The notes beneath the pieces were generated by a model. That model had not been told where the DNA came from. It did not search any database and saw only the letters and a list, made by a program, of their open reading frames with translations. This document shows, one piece after another, positions 1-9,641 of a DNA stretch of 64,000 bases. Source of the stretch: an uncultured Clostridia bacterium. GTDB taxonomy: Bacteria; Bacillota; Clostridia; Oscillospirales; Oscillospiraceae. Every line of letters starts with the position of its first letter. Position 1 is the first letter of the stretch. A program made the translations under genes and the position numbers. The stretch covers positions 1,846-65,845 of the forward strand of contig CALYTB010000001.1 in assembly GCA_945486035.1 (NCBI GenBank), in the 5' to 3' direction.

Positions 1-1
1 C

Positions 2-106
2 GGGCCCATCAAGCCCCAGGCTCCCGGCTCCATTCTGCAGCTCCATCCGGACTTCATCCTGGTGGCGGACGAGGCGGCGCTGTCCCTGGTTCAGGATCAG
101 CTGTAA
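2..106 (+). CDS. nagB: 3' end of glucosamine-6-phosphate deaminase (partial, runs off window start)
   Basis: Frame 2 reads GPIKPQAPGSILQLHPDFILVADEAALSLVQDQL*, the typical NagB C-terminus; followed by a terminator. Confidence 0.75.
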   Translation, partial: GPIKPQAPGSILQLHPDFILVADEAALSLVQDQL

Positions 107-117
107 GCTGTGTTCTC

Positions 118-155
118 AAGCTCCCGAGGCGGTATTCCGCCCCGGGAGCTTTTTT
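118..155 (+). terminator. Intrinsic terminator
   Basis: AAGCTCCCG-AGGCGG-TATT-CCGCC-CCGGGAGCTT followed by a T-run. Confidence 0.8.
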
Positions 156-164
156 CCAAGAAGG

Positions 165-229
165 CAACTCCCGGTTGACAAACTTCCAGGGCGGGTTGGT
201 GGAACCTCAACCGGAGTTTGGGGTAAAAT
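165..229 (+). promoter_or_regulatory. Three CAAC-N5-GTTG-like operator palindromes and a -10 box (TAAAAT) upstream of the XRE regulator
   Basis: Sites at 165 (perfect), 186 and 208 (degenerate), spaced 21-22 bp; TAAAAT at 224-229. Confidence 0.5.
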
Positions 230-261
230 GAGGGTACAAATTCATTCTGGGGGTACGTGTT

Positions 262-888
262 ATGAACATAGCGGACAGAATTCAGCAGCTTCGGAAAGCA
301 AAGGGAATCTCTCAGGAGGAGCTGGCGGACAGGATTGGGGTTTCCCGTCAGGCCGTATCCAAATGGGAAAGTGAGCAGTCCATGCCGGATGTTGAGAAGG
401 TTCTGCTGCTCAGCGACTACTTTGAAGTGACGACGGATTATCTGCTGAAGGGCATTGAGCCTGTGCCCAGGAAAATACCGCCCGCCAAGGAAAAACCCGA
501 CGCTCGGATATTCTCCATAGCGGGAACAGCATTCAATTGCATGGGGCTGATTCTGGCTGCTATGGTTTGGCATGAAGAGCAGACTGCTACCGCCACGGCC
601 ATAGGGATGATTCTGTATGTGGTTGGATGCATGGTTTATGGAATTGGGATGACGGTATCGGATCAGGCCACAAAAGCATGGGCAAAACGGTCCTTTTGGA
701 GCATCAACATTTGGGTGCTGTCTTTTCTCCCTATGTCCCTGGTGTACAACATTCTTGCGGGCGGCTCCTTCACCGCACCCTATCCCATTGCGGTGGGTTC
801 CATGGCTTTCTATGGACTGTTCTGGACTGTGTATATTGGAGCAGGAACCATGGCAGAACTGCTGATTCACAGGAAAAGGGAAGAATGA
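262..888 (+). CDS. XRE/Cro-C1 HTH regulator with C-terminal membrane domain
   Basis: [34 protein letters not shown] followed by about 4 hydrophobic helices. Confidence 0.9.
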   Translation: MNIADRIQQLRKAKGISQEELADRIGVSRQAVSKWESEQSMPDVEKVLLLSDYFEVTTDYLLKGIEPVPRKIPPAKEKPDARIFSIAGTAFNCMGLILAAMVWHEEQTATATAIGMILYVVGCMVYGIGMTVSDQATKAWAKRSFWSINIWVLSFLPMSLVYNILAGGSFTAPYPIAVGSMAFYGLFWTVYIGAGTMAELLIHRKREE

Positions 889-894
889 AATGAT

Positions 895-1135
895 AAATTG
901 TTGTTTACAGCGCTTGTTTTTGATTACCTGTCATTGCGAACCAGCGCGACGGCTTCAGTGGCAATCCCCCTGATGAATGGAACCAGGTAACGATCACCTC
1001 CAAAAAACGTGAATTTCCCGCAATTGTGGGTACTTGTCGCAACATTGTACGTCTAACCGGGGGATTGCCACACCAGTCTGCGGACTGGTTCGCAATGACA
1101 GGTAATCTGGGGCACATCGCTGTAAACAACAATTT
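895..1135. repeat. IR-bounded palindromic element, copy 1 (inner family A, TGTCATTGCGA...GTGGCAATC doublet)
   Basis: 18-bp perfect terminal IR AAATTGTTGTTTACAGCG / CGCTGTAAACAACAATTT; inner inverted doublet 929-1100. Confidence 0.9.
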
Positions 1136-1212
1136 GTCTGTTTGGTCAAGGGATAGGGGTGCAGTGAGTATAGCGGGCGGATTATGGGGCATCCTCTTTT
1201 GGGAAAGGGGAT

Positions 1213-1821
1213 ATGGATATGGAGTTTGCTTATTCCGAAACCAGGAAGAATTTGGTTCGTTCCTTCGCCGGGGAAGCCCAGGCGCGGAGCAGATACACGA
1301 TTTATGCCAAGGTTGCCCGGGAGGAAAACTGCGAATGGATTGCCCGGATTTTTGAGGAAACTGCCGCTAACGAGGCTGTCCACGCGGAGGAATTCCTGGA
1401 GCAGCTGAAGGAGCTGGGGGGTTGTGCGGAAAATATCCAGCTGGAGGGCGGATATCCGTTTCAGCTGGATTCCACGGCGGAAAACCTGGCCTACGCTGCC
1501 GAGGGAGAGAAACAGGAGCACGAGGATGTGTATCCCGGCTTTGCGGAAATCGCCCGGAGGGAGGGGTATAAGGATGCCGCGCGGCTCTGGATGCAGATTG
1601 CCAGAATCGAGCATCTTCACCACGAGACGTTCCGGGAGCTGCACACCCAACTGATCCGGGGGGAACTTACCGAAAAGGAGGAGCCTTCTTTCTGGCGTTG
1701 CCTGAACTGCGGTTATCCCTATGAGGGAATTCGGGCCTGTGATCCCTGCCCGGTGTGCGGAAAGAGCGCAGGATGGCAGGAAGGAACCCTCCCAAACCGG
1801 GATACAACGGAGAAAAAATGA
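1213..1821 (+). CDS. rbr: Rubrerythrin
   Basis: FAGEAQARSRY and EAVHA/EHLH di-iron motifs; C-terminal CLNC...CPVC rubredoxin-like site. Confidence 0.9.
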   Translation: MDMEFAYSETRKNLVRSFAGEAQARSRYTIYAKVAREENCEWIARIFEETAANEAVHAEEFLEQLKELGGCAENIQLEGGYPFQLDSTAENLAYAAEGEKQEHEDVYPGFAEIARREGYKDAARLWMQIARIEHLHHETFRELHTQLIRGELTEKEEPSFWRCLNCGYPYEGIRACDPCPVCGKSAGWQEGTLPNRDTTEKK

Positions 1822-1903
1822 GGATATTTGCAACTTGGTGTTTACAGAACCCTAAGGCTTGTGCTATGATAACGCTTAGGATTATGTGACAGAGGTTGCT
1901 GTA

Positions 1904-2902
1904 ATGGACTATATTGTTTTGGATATGGAATGGAATCAGCCCTGGCCCGGGTCGCCTTCTTCCAAGAAGACCCTGCCCGCTCAGATTCGGGGTGAGATCA
2001 TTCAGATCGGCGCCGTCCGGCTGAGGGAGGATTCCGTAGTGGAGGACGAGTTCCAGGTGATGGTAAAGCCCAAGTTCTACCGGCACCTGAACCGCCGGGT
2101 CAGTAAGCTAACCGGAATTAAGGAAACCAGGCTCCGGGAGGAGGGAATTCCCTTCCCGGAGGCCATTGAAGCCTTTCGTCAATGGTGTGGGGAGGATATC
2201 ATTTTCCTCACATGGGGTTTTGACGATATCGGGATTCTCCGGGAGAATCTCCGGCTCCATGCTCTGGAGGAGGCGTGGACAGACCGGTGGTACAACGCCC
2301 AGATGATCTTCAATGCCCAGACTGACGGCTCCAACTCCCAGAAGGCGCTGAAAACCGCCATGGAAACCTTTGGCATCGAGGCCAGCCGTCCTGCCCATGA
2401 TGCCCTGGGGGATGCCTACCACACCGCGCTGATCTGCGCGAAGCTGGATCTGGATCGGGGAACCAGGGAATACGACCAGGCGCTCAAGAGTCACGAAAAC
2501 GGCTTCCATGGCGCGGAGCTTCCCGGGTGCATTGACCGGAAGGTTTTCTACGACTACGCGGACAAGCGGGCTGCCCTCAGCGCCATGGCAGGCTGCGAGA
2601 ACATTTGCCCCGTCTGCGGAGGAAAAATGCTGGGCTCCCGGTGGTTTGCCCAACCGGGGCGCAGGTACATGGACCTGGCTACCTGTCCGGAGGATGGGAA
2701 ATTCCTGATCCGCGTCCGGCTGTCCCAGCAGGAGGACGGTTTGATCCGGGTCAGCCGGCTGACCTACGAGGCCACCTCCGAGGCCGCCGAGGCCTATGCC
2801 CGCCGTGCGGAGAAGGCCGACCCCGAAGAGCCCGCCCGTCCCCGCCGCCGCAGAAAAAGAGGAAGATCCGCCTCCGCGAAAAAAGAAAACGAAACCACAT
2901 GA
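1904..2902 (+). CDS. DEDDh 3'-5' exonuclease family protein with C-terminal Cys cluster and Arg-rich tail
   Basis: YIVLDMEWNQ, EIIQIGAV and AHDALGDA Exo motifs; CPVC; ATG at 1904 with AGAGG RBS. Confidence 0.8.
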   Translation: MDYIVLDMEWNQPWPGSPSSKKTLPAQIRGEIIQIGAVRLREDSVVEDEFQVMVKPKFYRHLNRRVSKLTGIKETRLREEGIPFPEAIEAFRQWCGEDIIFLTWGFDDIGILRENLRLHALEEAWTDRWYNAQMIFNAQTDGSNSQKALKTAMETFGIEASRPAHDALGDAYHTALICAKLDLDRGTREYDQALKSHENGFHGAELPGCIDRKVFYDYADKRAALSAMAGCENICPVCGGKMLGSRWFAQPGRRYMDLATCPEDGKFLIRVRLSQQEDGLIRVSRLTYEATSEAAEAYARRAEKADPEEPARPRRRRKRGRSASAKKENETT

Positions 2903-2905
2903 TGC

Positions 2906-2944
2906 AAAGCACCTGCTTCCGCAGATAGGAAGCAGGTGCTTTTT
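2906..2944 (+). terminator. Intrinsic terminator
   Basis: AAAGCACCTGCTTCC / GGAAGCAGGTGCTTT plus T-run. Confidence 0.85.
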
Positions 2945-2965
2945 CAGGAAGGAGGGGGAAGAGAT

Positions 2966-3209
2966 AAATTGTTGTTTGTACTATATGTTTCAAGTTTTCT
3001 GTCATTGCGAACCAGCGCGCACGCTGGTGTGGCAATCCCCCGGTTGAAAGGAACCAGGTAACGATTACCACCAAAAATCGCGGTGACTCCCATCCTTCCG
3101 GGTACTTTTCGGTACATTTTCCCTCTAACCGGGGGATTGCCACGACCAGTGTGCGCACTGGTCTCGCAATGACAGGAAATCTGAAACGCGTCCTTTCAAA
3201 CACCAATTT
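2966..3209. repeat. IR-bounded palindromic element, copy 2 (family A)
   Basis: AAATTGTTGTTT ... AAACACCAATTT enclosing TGTCATTGCGA...TCGCAATGACA. Confidence 0.9.
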
Positions 3210-3245
3210 ACTTCCCCGATGGTTCTGGCGGGGAGGAGAGTCCGG

Positions 3246-3767
3246 TCAGGAAAGGTTGGGGAAGAAGCATTTCACGGTCCAGGAGGCGGTGAGGAAGCCG
3301 ATGAAATCCGCGAAGAGGGCGGCGGGGAGGGTATAGCGGGTTTTGCGGATGCCGGCAGCGCCAAAGTAGACACTGATGGTATAGAAGGTGGTTTCCGTGG
3401 AACCCAGCATCACCGCGGCGGTGACACCCACCAGGGAGTCCACTCCGTAGGCTGCCATCAGCTGGGCCCCAACCGCCAGGGCGGCGCTGCCGCTGACGGG
3501 CCGAATGAGGACCAACAGAGCGGTTTCCGGCGGGATGCCAAAGAGGGTCAAAACAGGGGAAAGCAGCTTCCCCAGAAGCTCCATGGCACCGGACTGACGA
3601 AGCATAGTCACCGCCGTCAGCAGAAGGATCAGCGGAGGAAGGATGGATACCAGCAGCTTCAATCCCGAGCCTGCCCCGGTCAGGAGAATGTCATAGGCGT
3701 TTTCCTTCCGACGCAGAGCTGCCAGCGCCGGAATCAGCAGCAGAAGAGGAACCAGATAGTCCGTCAT
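3246..3767 (-). CDS. spmB: Spore maturation protein B
   Basis: MTDYLVPLLL..., IRPVSGSAA, GSTETTFYTISVYFGAAGI; ATGA overlap with spmA stop. Confidence 0.9.
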   Translation of the reverse strand: MTDYLVPLLLLIPALAALRRKENAYDILLTGAGSGLKLLVSILPPLILLLTAVTMLRQSGAMELLGKLLSPVLTLFGIPPETALLVLIRPVSGSAALAVGAQLMAAYGVDSLVGVTAAVMLGSTETTFYTISVYFGAAGIRKTRYTLPAALFADFIGFLTASWTVKCFFPNLS

Positions 3768-4336
3768 CTGCGGCACAGCCTCCCAAGAAGCCATGCTGCC
3801 GCCAAACCCAATCCCGCGGAGCAGATGCTGCTGACCCAAACCGCCGGGAGAATGGCAAAGGGTCTCGCGCAGCCCAGGGCGCTGCGGACAGCGGCTACGT
3901 TGGCGGGAATCAGCTGGATGGAAGCGGTATTGAGCACAATCAGCCGGCACAGCTCGTCCGTGGCCGTATCCCCCCGCTTCAGGCGCCGGGCAGCGGAGAT
4001 TCCCATGGGGGTTGCCGCGTTGCCGAGCCCCAGAAAGTTGGCGCATACGTTGGCGCTTAAATCCCTGGCCAGCGCCGGATCAGCGCGGCTGGAGGGAAAG
4101 AGCCTGCCCAGGATGGGCCGGAGAATCCGGGAAAGGGCGTCGGTAATCCCACTTTCCTCCATCAGGGCGCCAACGCCCGTCCACAGGCAGACGGAGCCTG
4201 CCATGGACACCGCCAGGGTTACCCCGGATTGAGCTCCCTGCAAAACTGCCTGGCTTAATTGCGCGCCTCGGCCTGTGAAGGCGGCGCTCAGGATGCTGAC
4301 CAGCAAAAACAGGCTCCATATCCAGCTCATGACCAT
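3764..4336 (-). CDS. spmA: Spore maturation protein A
   Basis: ANFLGLGNAATPMG and LNTASIQLIP motifs; AGGAGG RBS. Confidence 0.9.
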   Translation of the reverse strand: MVMSWIWSLFLLVSILSAAFTGRGAQLSQAVLQGAQSGVTLAVSMAGSVCLWTGVGALMEESGITDALSRILRPILGRLFPSSRADPALARDLSANVCANFLGLGNAATPMGISAARRLKRGDTATDELCRLIVLNTASIQLIPANVAAVRSALGCARPFAILPAVWVSSICSAGLGLAAAWLLGRLCRR

Positions 4337-4354
4337 GACAATCCCTCCTGCAGG

Positions 4355-4383
4355 AGTGTATGAGAAGTAAGATAGGATCATGC
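4355..4383 (-). promoter_or_regulatory. Putative sigmaE promoter of spmAB
   Basis: Minus strand GCATGAT ... CATACACT matches the sigmaE -10 CATACAnT; spmAB is sigmaE-dependent in Bacillus subtilis. Confidence 0.6.
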
Positions 4384-4427
4384 AATTGTGAAATCCTACA
4401 AAAATACAAGTGAATTACAAAATGTAT

Positions 4428-4456
4428 TTGACACGTCCTTCTTCGGATGATATATT
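4428..4456 (+). promoter_or_regulatory. sigmaA promoter of abrB
   Basis: TTGACA-17 bp-TATATT with extended TG. Confidence 0.7.
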
Positions 4457-4523
4457 GATAATGCAAATAAGCCGTTATGTGGTTCAATGCATAAGGGCTT
4501 TCCACTGGAAGGAGGTAGCTGCA

Positions 4524-4766
4524 ATGAAGTCTACGGGAATCATTCGAAAGGTGGACGAGCTGGGGAGAATTGTTCTGCCCATCGAACTGCGCAGGATGCT
4601 CGACATTGCAGAAAGGGACGAACTGGAAATCTTTGTTGAGAACGAGCGGATTGTTCTGCAAAAGTATGAGCCGACCTGTGTCTTCTGCACCTCATCCCGG
4701 GGGCTGATTGCTTTCCGCGGAAAGAATGTCTGCAAAGAATGCCTGGCTAAAATCATGGAGGTATAA
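4524..4766 (+). CDS. abrB: AbrB transition-state regulator
   Basis: MKSTGIIRKVDELGRIVLPIELRR...CVFC...CKEC; GGAGG RBS; convergent with rsmI as in Bacillus. Confidence 0.92.
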   Translation: MKSTGIIRKVDELGRIVLPIELRRMLDIAERDELEIFVENERIVLQKYEPTCVFCTSSRGLIAFRGKNVCKECLAKIMEV

Positions 4767-4770
4767 TGGA

Positions 4771-4800
4771 ATCCCCGAATGACGAATGTCATTCGGGGAT
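4771..4800. terminator. Hairpin between convergent abrB and rsmI
   Basis: ATCCCCGAATGAC-GAAT-GTCATTCGGGGAT, 13-bp perfect stem. Confidence 0.7.
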
Positions 4801-5625
4801 ATTTAGTGAGAGCTCATATACGGTGTTTTTGGGAAGCTTCAATTCCCGGGCGGTTTGTTTCACCGCATCCTTCCGGCTCATTCCGGATTCCATCAGATCC
4901 CGGAGCCTTGAGGAGGCATCCTCCGGATCGGAAGTGGGTGCCTCCGGGAGGGGAGCGCCTGCTACCACCAGCACAAATTCTCCCTTGGGGGGCTGGGTGG
5001 TATACCGTTCCAGGGCCTGGGAGAGGGTGGTGCGGACCACCTCCTCATGGAGCTTGGTCAGCTCCCGGCAGAGGCTGATGCTCCTGTCCGGGCCGAAGGT
5101 TTCCACCATGTCCGCCAGAGTTGCCGTAAGCTTGTGGGGGGCTTCGTAGAAAATCATGGTGCGCCGCTCCTGCTTCAGACTCTCCAGATGCTCCCGCCGG
5201 CTCTTCTTCGCGGTGGAGAGGAAGCCCTCAAAGCAAAACCGTCCGGTAGACTGGCCGGAGATGCTCAGGGCGGTGATCACCGCGCAGGGGCCGGGAATGG
5301 CGCAGACCGTGATTCCCGCGGCGGCGCATTGCCGGACCAGGTCTTCTCCCGGATCGGAGATGGCGGGACTGCCCGCATCGGACACCAGAGCACAGGTCTC
5401 GCCCGCGAGAATCCGCTCCACAATCTGTTCACCCTTAAAAGCCTTGTTATGCTCGTAGTAGCTGACAAGGCTTTTTTTGATCCCCAGGTGGTTCAGTAGC
5501 TTCAGACTGACCCGGGTATCCTCCGCTGCGATAAAGTCCGCCTGTTCCAGGGTTTCCCGGCAGCGCTGGGAAATGTCCCCAAGGTTTCCGATGGGGGTTG
5601 GAACAAGATACAGCATTCCGGCCAT
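4789..5625 (-). CDS. rsmI: 16S rRNA (cytidine1402-2'-O)-methyltransferase
   Basis: LYLVPTPIGNLGDIS, AAEDTR, VSDAGSPAISDPG, RELTKLHEE. Confidence 0.95.
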   Translation of the reverse strand: MAGMLYLVPTPIGNLGDISQRCRETLEQADFIAAEDTRVSLKLLNHLGIKKSLVSYYEHNKAFKGEQIVERILAGETCALVSDAGSPAISDPGEDLVRQCAAAGITVCAIPGPCAVITALSISGQSTGRFCFEGFLSTAKKSRREHLESLKQERRTMIFYEAPHKLTATLADMVETFGPDRSISLCRELTKLHEEVVRTTLSQALERYTTQPPKGEFVLVVAGAPLPEAPTSDPEDASSRLRDLMESGMSRKDAVKQTARELKLPKNTVYELSLNIPE

Positions 5626-5626
5626 G

Positions 5627-6325
5627 TTATGCCTCCTCAAGATGATAGATTTTGCGATAATAGGGGCTGGGACTTCCGTCGGGACCGTACAGAGCGGCCT
5701 CCTCCCAGATAAGTCCGGGCTTTCCGCCCTTTCGGAGCTGCAAAAGAATCAGGGAGATTTCCCCGCCCTGCCGGTGGCGAAGGAGCCGCAGCCGCTTGGC
5801 CTCCAGCCCATGGGCGGAGGCTAGGGAAATCACCCGGGCAAGACCCTCCGGGCGGTATACCATAAAGAAGTCCCCGCCGTATTTGAGAGCCCGGGCAGCT
5901 CCGGCGATCCAGTCCTCCAGCGGGCAGAGAGATTCCTGACGGGCCAGGGGATAGGCCTTGCTGGCGGGCCCGCCGGAAAAGTAGGGCGGATTGGATATGA
6001 CAGCGGTAAAGCTTCCCGGAGCCAGAAGCCCGGGTATCTGCCGGATGTCCGCGCATATACTTTCCAGACGGCCGCCCAAGCCGTTGCGGCGGATATTCTC
6101 CAGGGCGGCAGCGTGGGCCCGGGGCTCCCATTCCAGTCCGGTAACGCTGCAATCCCGGTACGCGGCGCACAGCAGCAGTCCCAGAGTTCCGGCTCCCGAA
6201 CCCAGATCCAGCACCTTCGCGCCGGGGCGCAGACGTGTAAAATCGGCAAGGGCCATGGAATCCGTACCGAGGGGAAACACCCCCTCCGGGATTTCCAGGG
6301 TGATGCCGTTTGGCAGAATTTCCAT
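5627..6325 (-). CDS. tRNA1(Val) A37 N6-methyltransferase (TrmN6/YabB-like)
   Basis: LGTDSMALADF, VLDLGSGAG, ISNPPYF; upstream of rsmI. Confidence 0.85.
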   Translation of the reverse strand: MEILPNGITLEIPEGVFPLGTDSMALADFTRLRPGAKVLDLGSGAGTLGLLLCAAYRDCSVTGLEWEPRAHAAALENIRRNGLGGRLESICADIRQIPGLLAPGSFTAVISNPPYFSGGPASKAYPLARQESLCPLEDWIAGAARALKYGGDFFMVYRPEGLARVISLASAHGLEAKRLRLLRHRQGGEISLILLQLRKGGKPGLIWEEAALYGPDGSPSPYYRKIYHLEEA

Positions 6326-6406
6326 GGATAATAACCTGCTTTCACGATACAAAATCGGCCTGCGCAAAGGCGAACCAATGCGCAGGCCGATGGCGATTCA
6401 GTAGAA

Positions 6407-6577
6407 TCAGCCCTCCTCGATAGCTTCGCTGGGGCACTGGTCGGCGCAGGAGCCGCAGCTGACACAGACATCGGGATCGATGACGTACTTGTCCTCGCCC
6501 TCGGAGATCGCCTCAACGGGGCACTGCTCGGCGCAGGAACCGCACTTCACGCAAGCGTCAGTGATTTTGAAAGCCAT
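6407..6577 (-). CDS. fdx: Clostridial 2[4Fe-4S] ferredoxin, 56 aa (missing from ORF track)
   Basis: MAFKITDACVKCGSCAEQCPVEAISEGEDKYVIDPDVCVSCGSCADQCPSEAIEEG; two CxxCxxCxxxCP motifs; AGGAGG RBS; terminator at 6351-6391. Confidence 0.95.
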   Translation of the reverse strand: MAFKITDACVKCGSCAEQCPVEAISEGEDKYVIDPDVCVSCGSCADQCPSEAIEEG

Positions 6578-6729
6578 GGTATTCCCTCCTATGTTGAGAT
6601 TCTACACGTTATGTATAACGGCAAGTCTATTCTAACATGGTTTCGGGAAAATGCAATTCCTTTTTTGAAAAAGTGCCGTATATTTTTTTCCCAGGGTGGC
6701 CAGAATTTTTCGGAAAAGGGAGGGATTCT

Positions 6730-9054
6730 GTGCGCTACCATATGCTGACGGTGGATCTGATTCGGCGTTCCGGGGAAAAGGCCAGAAGCTTCGGCCACGG
6801 CTACGTGGGATCAGCTCACCTGCTGCTGGGACTTACGGAACTTCCCGACGGAGCAGGGCTCCTGCTGCGGTCCCTTGGGTTGGATCCAGCGCTGACGGAA
6901 GCCATGACCCAGCTGCTCTACGGTGTGGGAACCCCGGGGCTTCCGCTTCCGCAGGGCCTCACCCGGGAGGCCAGGGAGATCCTGCGGGGGGCCGCATGGG
7001 AGGCCAGGTGCCAGGGAAAACGGGAGGTTCGGCCTGTGCATGTGCTGCTGTCTATGGCCCGCCGGGAGCATTCCGCGGCATCGGAGCTGCTGCGGCTCAA
7101 CGGAATCAGCGCTCAGGCGCTGTTTACGCATACGGTGGATTTTATGCGGTGGGAGGCGTTTGCTCCCGCCAGGGGAAAAAAGGAGGCGGTCAGTACGAAG
7201 CTGTTGGAACAGTTCAGTGAGGATTTGGTGCAGAAGGTGTCTTCCATGGATCCCGTCATCGGCAGAGATCGGGAGATCGACATGGTGATTGGAATCCTGT
7301 GCAGGAGAAATAAGAATAACCCCGCGCTGGTGGGGGAGCCCGGTGTGGGCAAAACAGCCATTGCGGAGGGACTCGCCCAGCGGATGGCGCTGGGAAATGT
7401 GCCGCCTCAGCTGAAGGACAAACGGCTCATCAGTCTGAATATGGCGAACCTGGTGGCTGGCACCAAATACAGAGGCGAATTTGAAGAACGATTGCGGGAT
7501 CTTCTTGGAGAGATCCGCAGAAGCTCGGATGTGATCCTTTTCGTGGATGAGATGCACACCATTGTGGGCGCAGGGGCGGCGGAGGGGGCCATTGATGCCG
7601 CCAATATTTTCAAGCCTGCCCTGGGCAGAGGGGAGCTGCAGATGCTGGGTGCCACCACCCGGGAGGAATACCGGAAGTATATCGAAAAGGATGCCGCCCT
7701 GGAACGCCGGTTCCGGCCTGTGATGGTGGAGGAGCCGGGGGAGGATACCGCACTGGATATTCTCCGGGCGCTTCGGCCTGCTCTGGAGCGGCACCACCAG
7801 CTGAGAATCAGCGAAGAGGCACTGCGGGAAGCGGTGCGTCTTTCAACCCGGTATCTGCCGGAGCAGTTCCTGCCGGATAAGGCCATTGATCTGGTGGATG
7901 AAGGCGCTGCCCGGGCGAGGATGGATCAGCTGCGCTGCGGAAAGGGAAGCGCCGCCAGGAAGGAATTGGAAAAGGAGCTCCACGAAGCGGTTCGGGAACG
8001 GAAATTTGAAAGGGCGGCGGAGCTTCGGGACAGAATGCAGCAGCTGACGGCAAAACCCTCCGAGGGAAAACGAGCCCAGACCGTGACAGCGGGGGATATT
8101 GCCTGGGTGGTTTCCTCCAGAACCGGGATTCCCCTGGGCAGGCTCACCGCCACGGAGCGGGAGCGGCTGCTGGAGCTGGAGCGGGTGCTCTGTACCAGGG
8201 TGATCGGACAGGAGGATGCCGTGAAAACGGTGGCGGAGGCAGTTCGCAGAGGCTATTCCGGGATTCGGGATGAGCGCAGACCTATTGCGAGCCTTCTGTT
8301 CACGGGGCCCACCGGCGTGGGGAAAACAGAGCTGTGCCGGGTGCTGGCGGAGGAGGTATTCGGAAGTCAGAACGCCATGATTCGGCTCGACATGACGGAA
8401 TATATGGAGAAGCAGTCGGTTTCCCGGTTGATTGGCGCGCCTCCGGGGTATGTGGGCTACGAAGAAGGCGGAAAGCTGACGGAGGCTGTCCGGCGCAGAC
8501 CCTACTGTCTGGTGCTGATGGATGAGCTGGAGAAGGCCCACCCGGACGTACTGGGGATTCTGCTGCAGATCATGGAGGAGGGGGTACTGACGGATTCCAC
8601 GGGACGGCGAGTGAGCTTCAAGAATGCCATCGTGGTGCTGACCTGCAATGTGGGGGGCCAGCTTCGGGGAGAGGGGCTGGGCTTCTGTGCCCAGGGGAAG
8701 GATTCGGAAATGGGCAAGGCCCTTCAGGAAAGCTTCACGCCGGAATTCTTAGGCAGACTGGATGCGGTGGTCCGGTTCCGAAGCCTGAACGCTTCGGCGA
8801 TGGAGGCCATCGCGGGAAAATATCTGGAGCAGCTTCAGAAGCGCTCGGCATCCATGGGCATCCAGCTTCAGCTGCCCCCTGAGCTTGCAAAGCACCTGTG
8901 CGGCGGCTGTAAGGGTCAGGGAGGCGCAAGACAGCTCCGCCGACTGGTGCAGACCCAGGTGGAAGGGCCTCTGGCCAGCTTCCTGCTGCGCTGCAGCCGC
9001 AGGCCTGCCCGGGTTCGGGGAAAGCTGGAGGAGGATGGGGTTACGTTTTTTTAG
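6730..9054 (+). CDS. clpC: ClpC-like ATP-dependent Clp protease ATPase subunit
   Basis: Clp-N repeats; GEPGVGKT and GPTGVGKT Walker A motifs; GYVG pore loop; UVR motif; GLGF loop; GTG start with GGGAGG RBS. Confidence 0.88.
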   Translation: MRYHMLTVDLIRRSGEKARSFGHGYVGSAHLLLGLTELPDGAGLLLRSLGLDPALTEAMTQLLYGVGTPGLPLPQGLTREAREILRGAAWEARCQGKREVRPVHVLLSMARREHSAASELLRLNGISAQALFTHTVDFMRWEAFAPARGKKEAVSTKLLEQFSEDLVQKVSSMDPVIGRDREIDMVIGILCRRNKNNPALVGEPGVGKTAIAEGLAQRMALGNVPPQLKDKRLISLNMANLVAGTKYRGEFEERLRDLLGEIRRSSDVILFVDEMHTIVGAGAAEGAIDAANIFKPALGRGELQMLGATTREEYRKYIEKDAALERRFRPVMVEEPGEDTALDILRALRPALERHHQLRISEEALREAVRLSTRYLPEQFLPDKAIDLVDEGAARARMDQLRCGKGSAARKELEKELHEAVRERKFERAAELRDRMQQLTAKPSEGKRAQTVTAGDIAWVVSSRTGIPLGRLTATERERLLELERVLCTRVIGQEDAVKTVAEAVRRGYSGIRDERRPIASLLFTGPTGVGKTELCRVLAEEVFGSQNAMIRLDMTEYMEKQSVSRLIGAPPGYVGYEEGGKLTEAVRRRPYCLVLMDELEKAHPDVLGILLQIMEEGVLTDSTGRRVSFKNAIVVLTCNVGGQLRGEGLGFCAQGKDSEMGKALQESFTPEFLGRLDAVVRFRSLNASAMEAIAGKYLEQLQKRSASMGIQLQLPPELAKHLCGGCKGQGGARQLRRLVQTQVEGPLASFLLRCSRRPARVRGKLEEDGVTFF

Positions 9055-9124
9055 AACGATTGTTCTAAAAATGGGAAAAACGGGAGGAATTTACGACTGA
9101 TTCGGAAAATAAATGAGAAAAAGA

Positions 9125-9197
9125 TTGATTTTTTGGGTCTGAGGTAGTATACTGTTCTCAAATGGAGCAAAAGGGTAGTAAAGTGGAGTAAAAGGGA
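9125..9197 (+). promoter_or_regulatory. dcw promoter with MraZ-type direct repeats
   Basis: TTGATT-17-TATACT followed by TGGAG/GGG repeats about 10 bp apart, including GTGGAG. Confidence 0.65.
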
Positions 9198-9212
9198 ACG
9201 GGGGTGAGGCCC

Positions 9213-9641
9213 ATGATCGGGAAATACAGCGCGAAGCTGGACGAAAAGAACCGTCTGTTCGTCCCTTCAAAACTCCGTGGGGAGCTGGGGGATGTGTTCT
9301 ATGTGACCCTGGGCGTGAACTGCGGTCACCGGTGCCTCACCGTCTACACTGCCGCGGAGTGGCAGAAGCTGAGCGAGAATTTTAACGCATTGAGCATTTC
9401 CCAGCGGGCTGGCGCTACCAGTCTGATCTTCATGAACGCCGCCGAGTGCAGCCCTGACAAGCAGTTCCGCTTCGCGCTGAACCAGTTCCTCCTGGACTAC
9501 GCGGGAATTGATCGGGAGGTCATGATTGTGGGACGGGCGGGCCAGGCGGAAATCTGGGACGCCGGAGAATTTGAGCGGTTTGAGGCGGAGAATCTGACCC
9601 CCGAAAAGCTGCTGGCATCTCTGGAGGCGATTGGGCTGTGA
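9213..9641 (+). CDS. mraZ: Transcriptional regulator MraZ
   Basis: LDEKNRLFVPSKLR, DKQFR, AEIWD; first gene of the dcw cluster. Confidence 0.9.
   Translation: MIGKYSAKLDEKNRLFVPSKLRGELGDVFYVTLGVNCGHRCLTVYTAAEWQKLSENFNALSISQRAGATSLIFMNAAECSPDKQFRFALNQFLLDYAGIDREVMIVGRAGQAEIWDAGEFERFEAENLTPEKLLASLEAIGL

Noticed and set aside
905-1355. Short ORFs with recurring text such as SLRTSPQTGVAIP, GGLPHQSADWFAMT or GSHEWLPY (also near 2751, 25056, 28029, 38883, 42343, 51453, 53240)
   Set aside because: These are translations of the palindromic repeat elements, with no RBS; their similarity reflects the DNA repeat, not a protein family.
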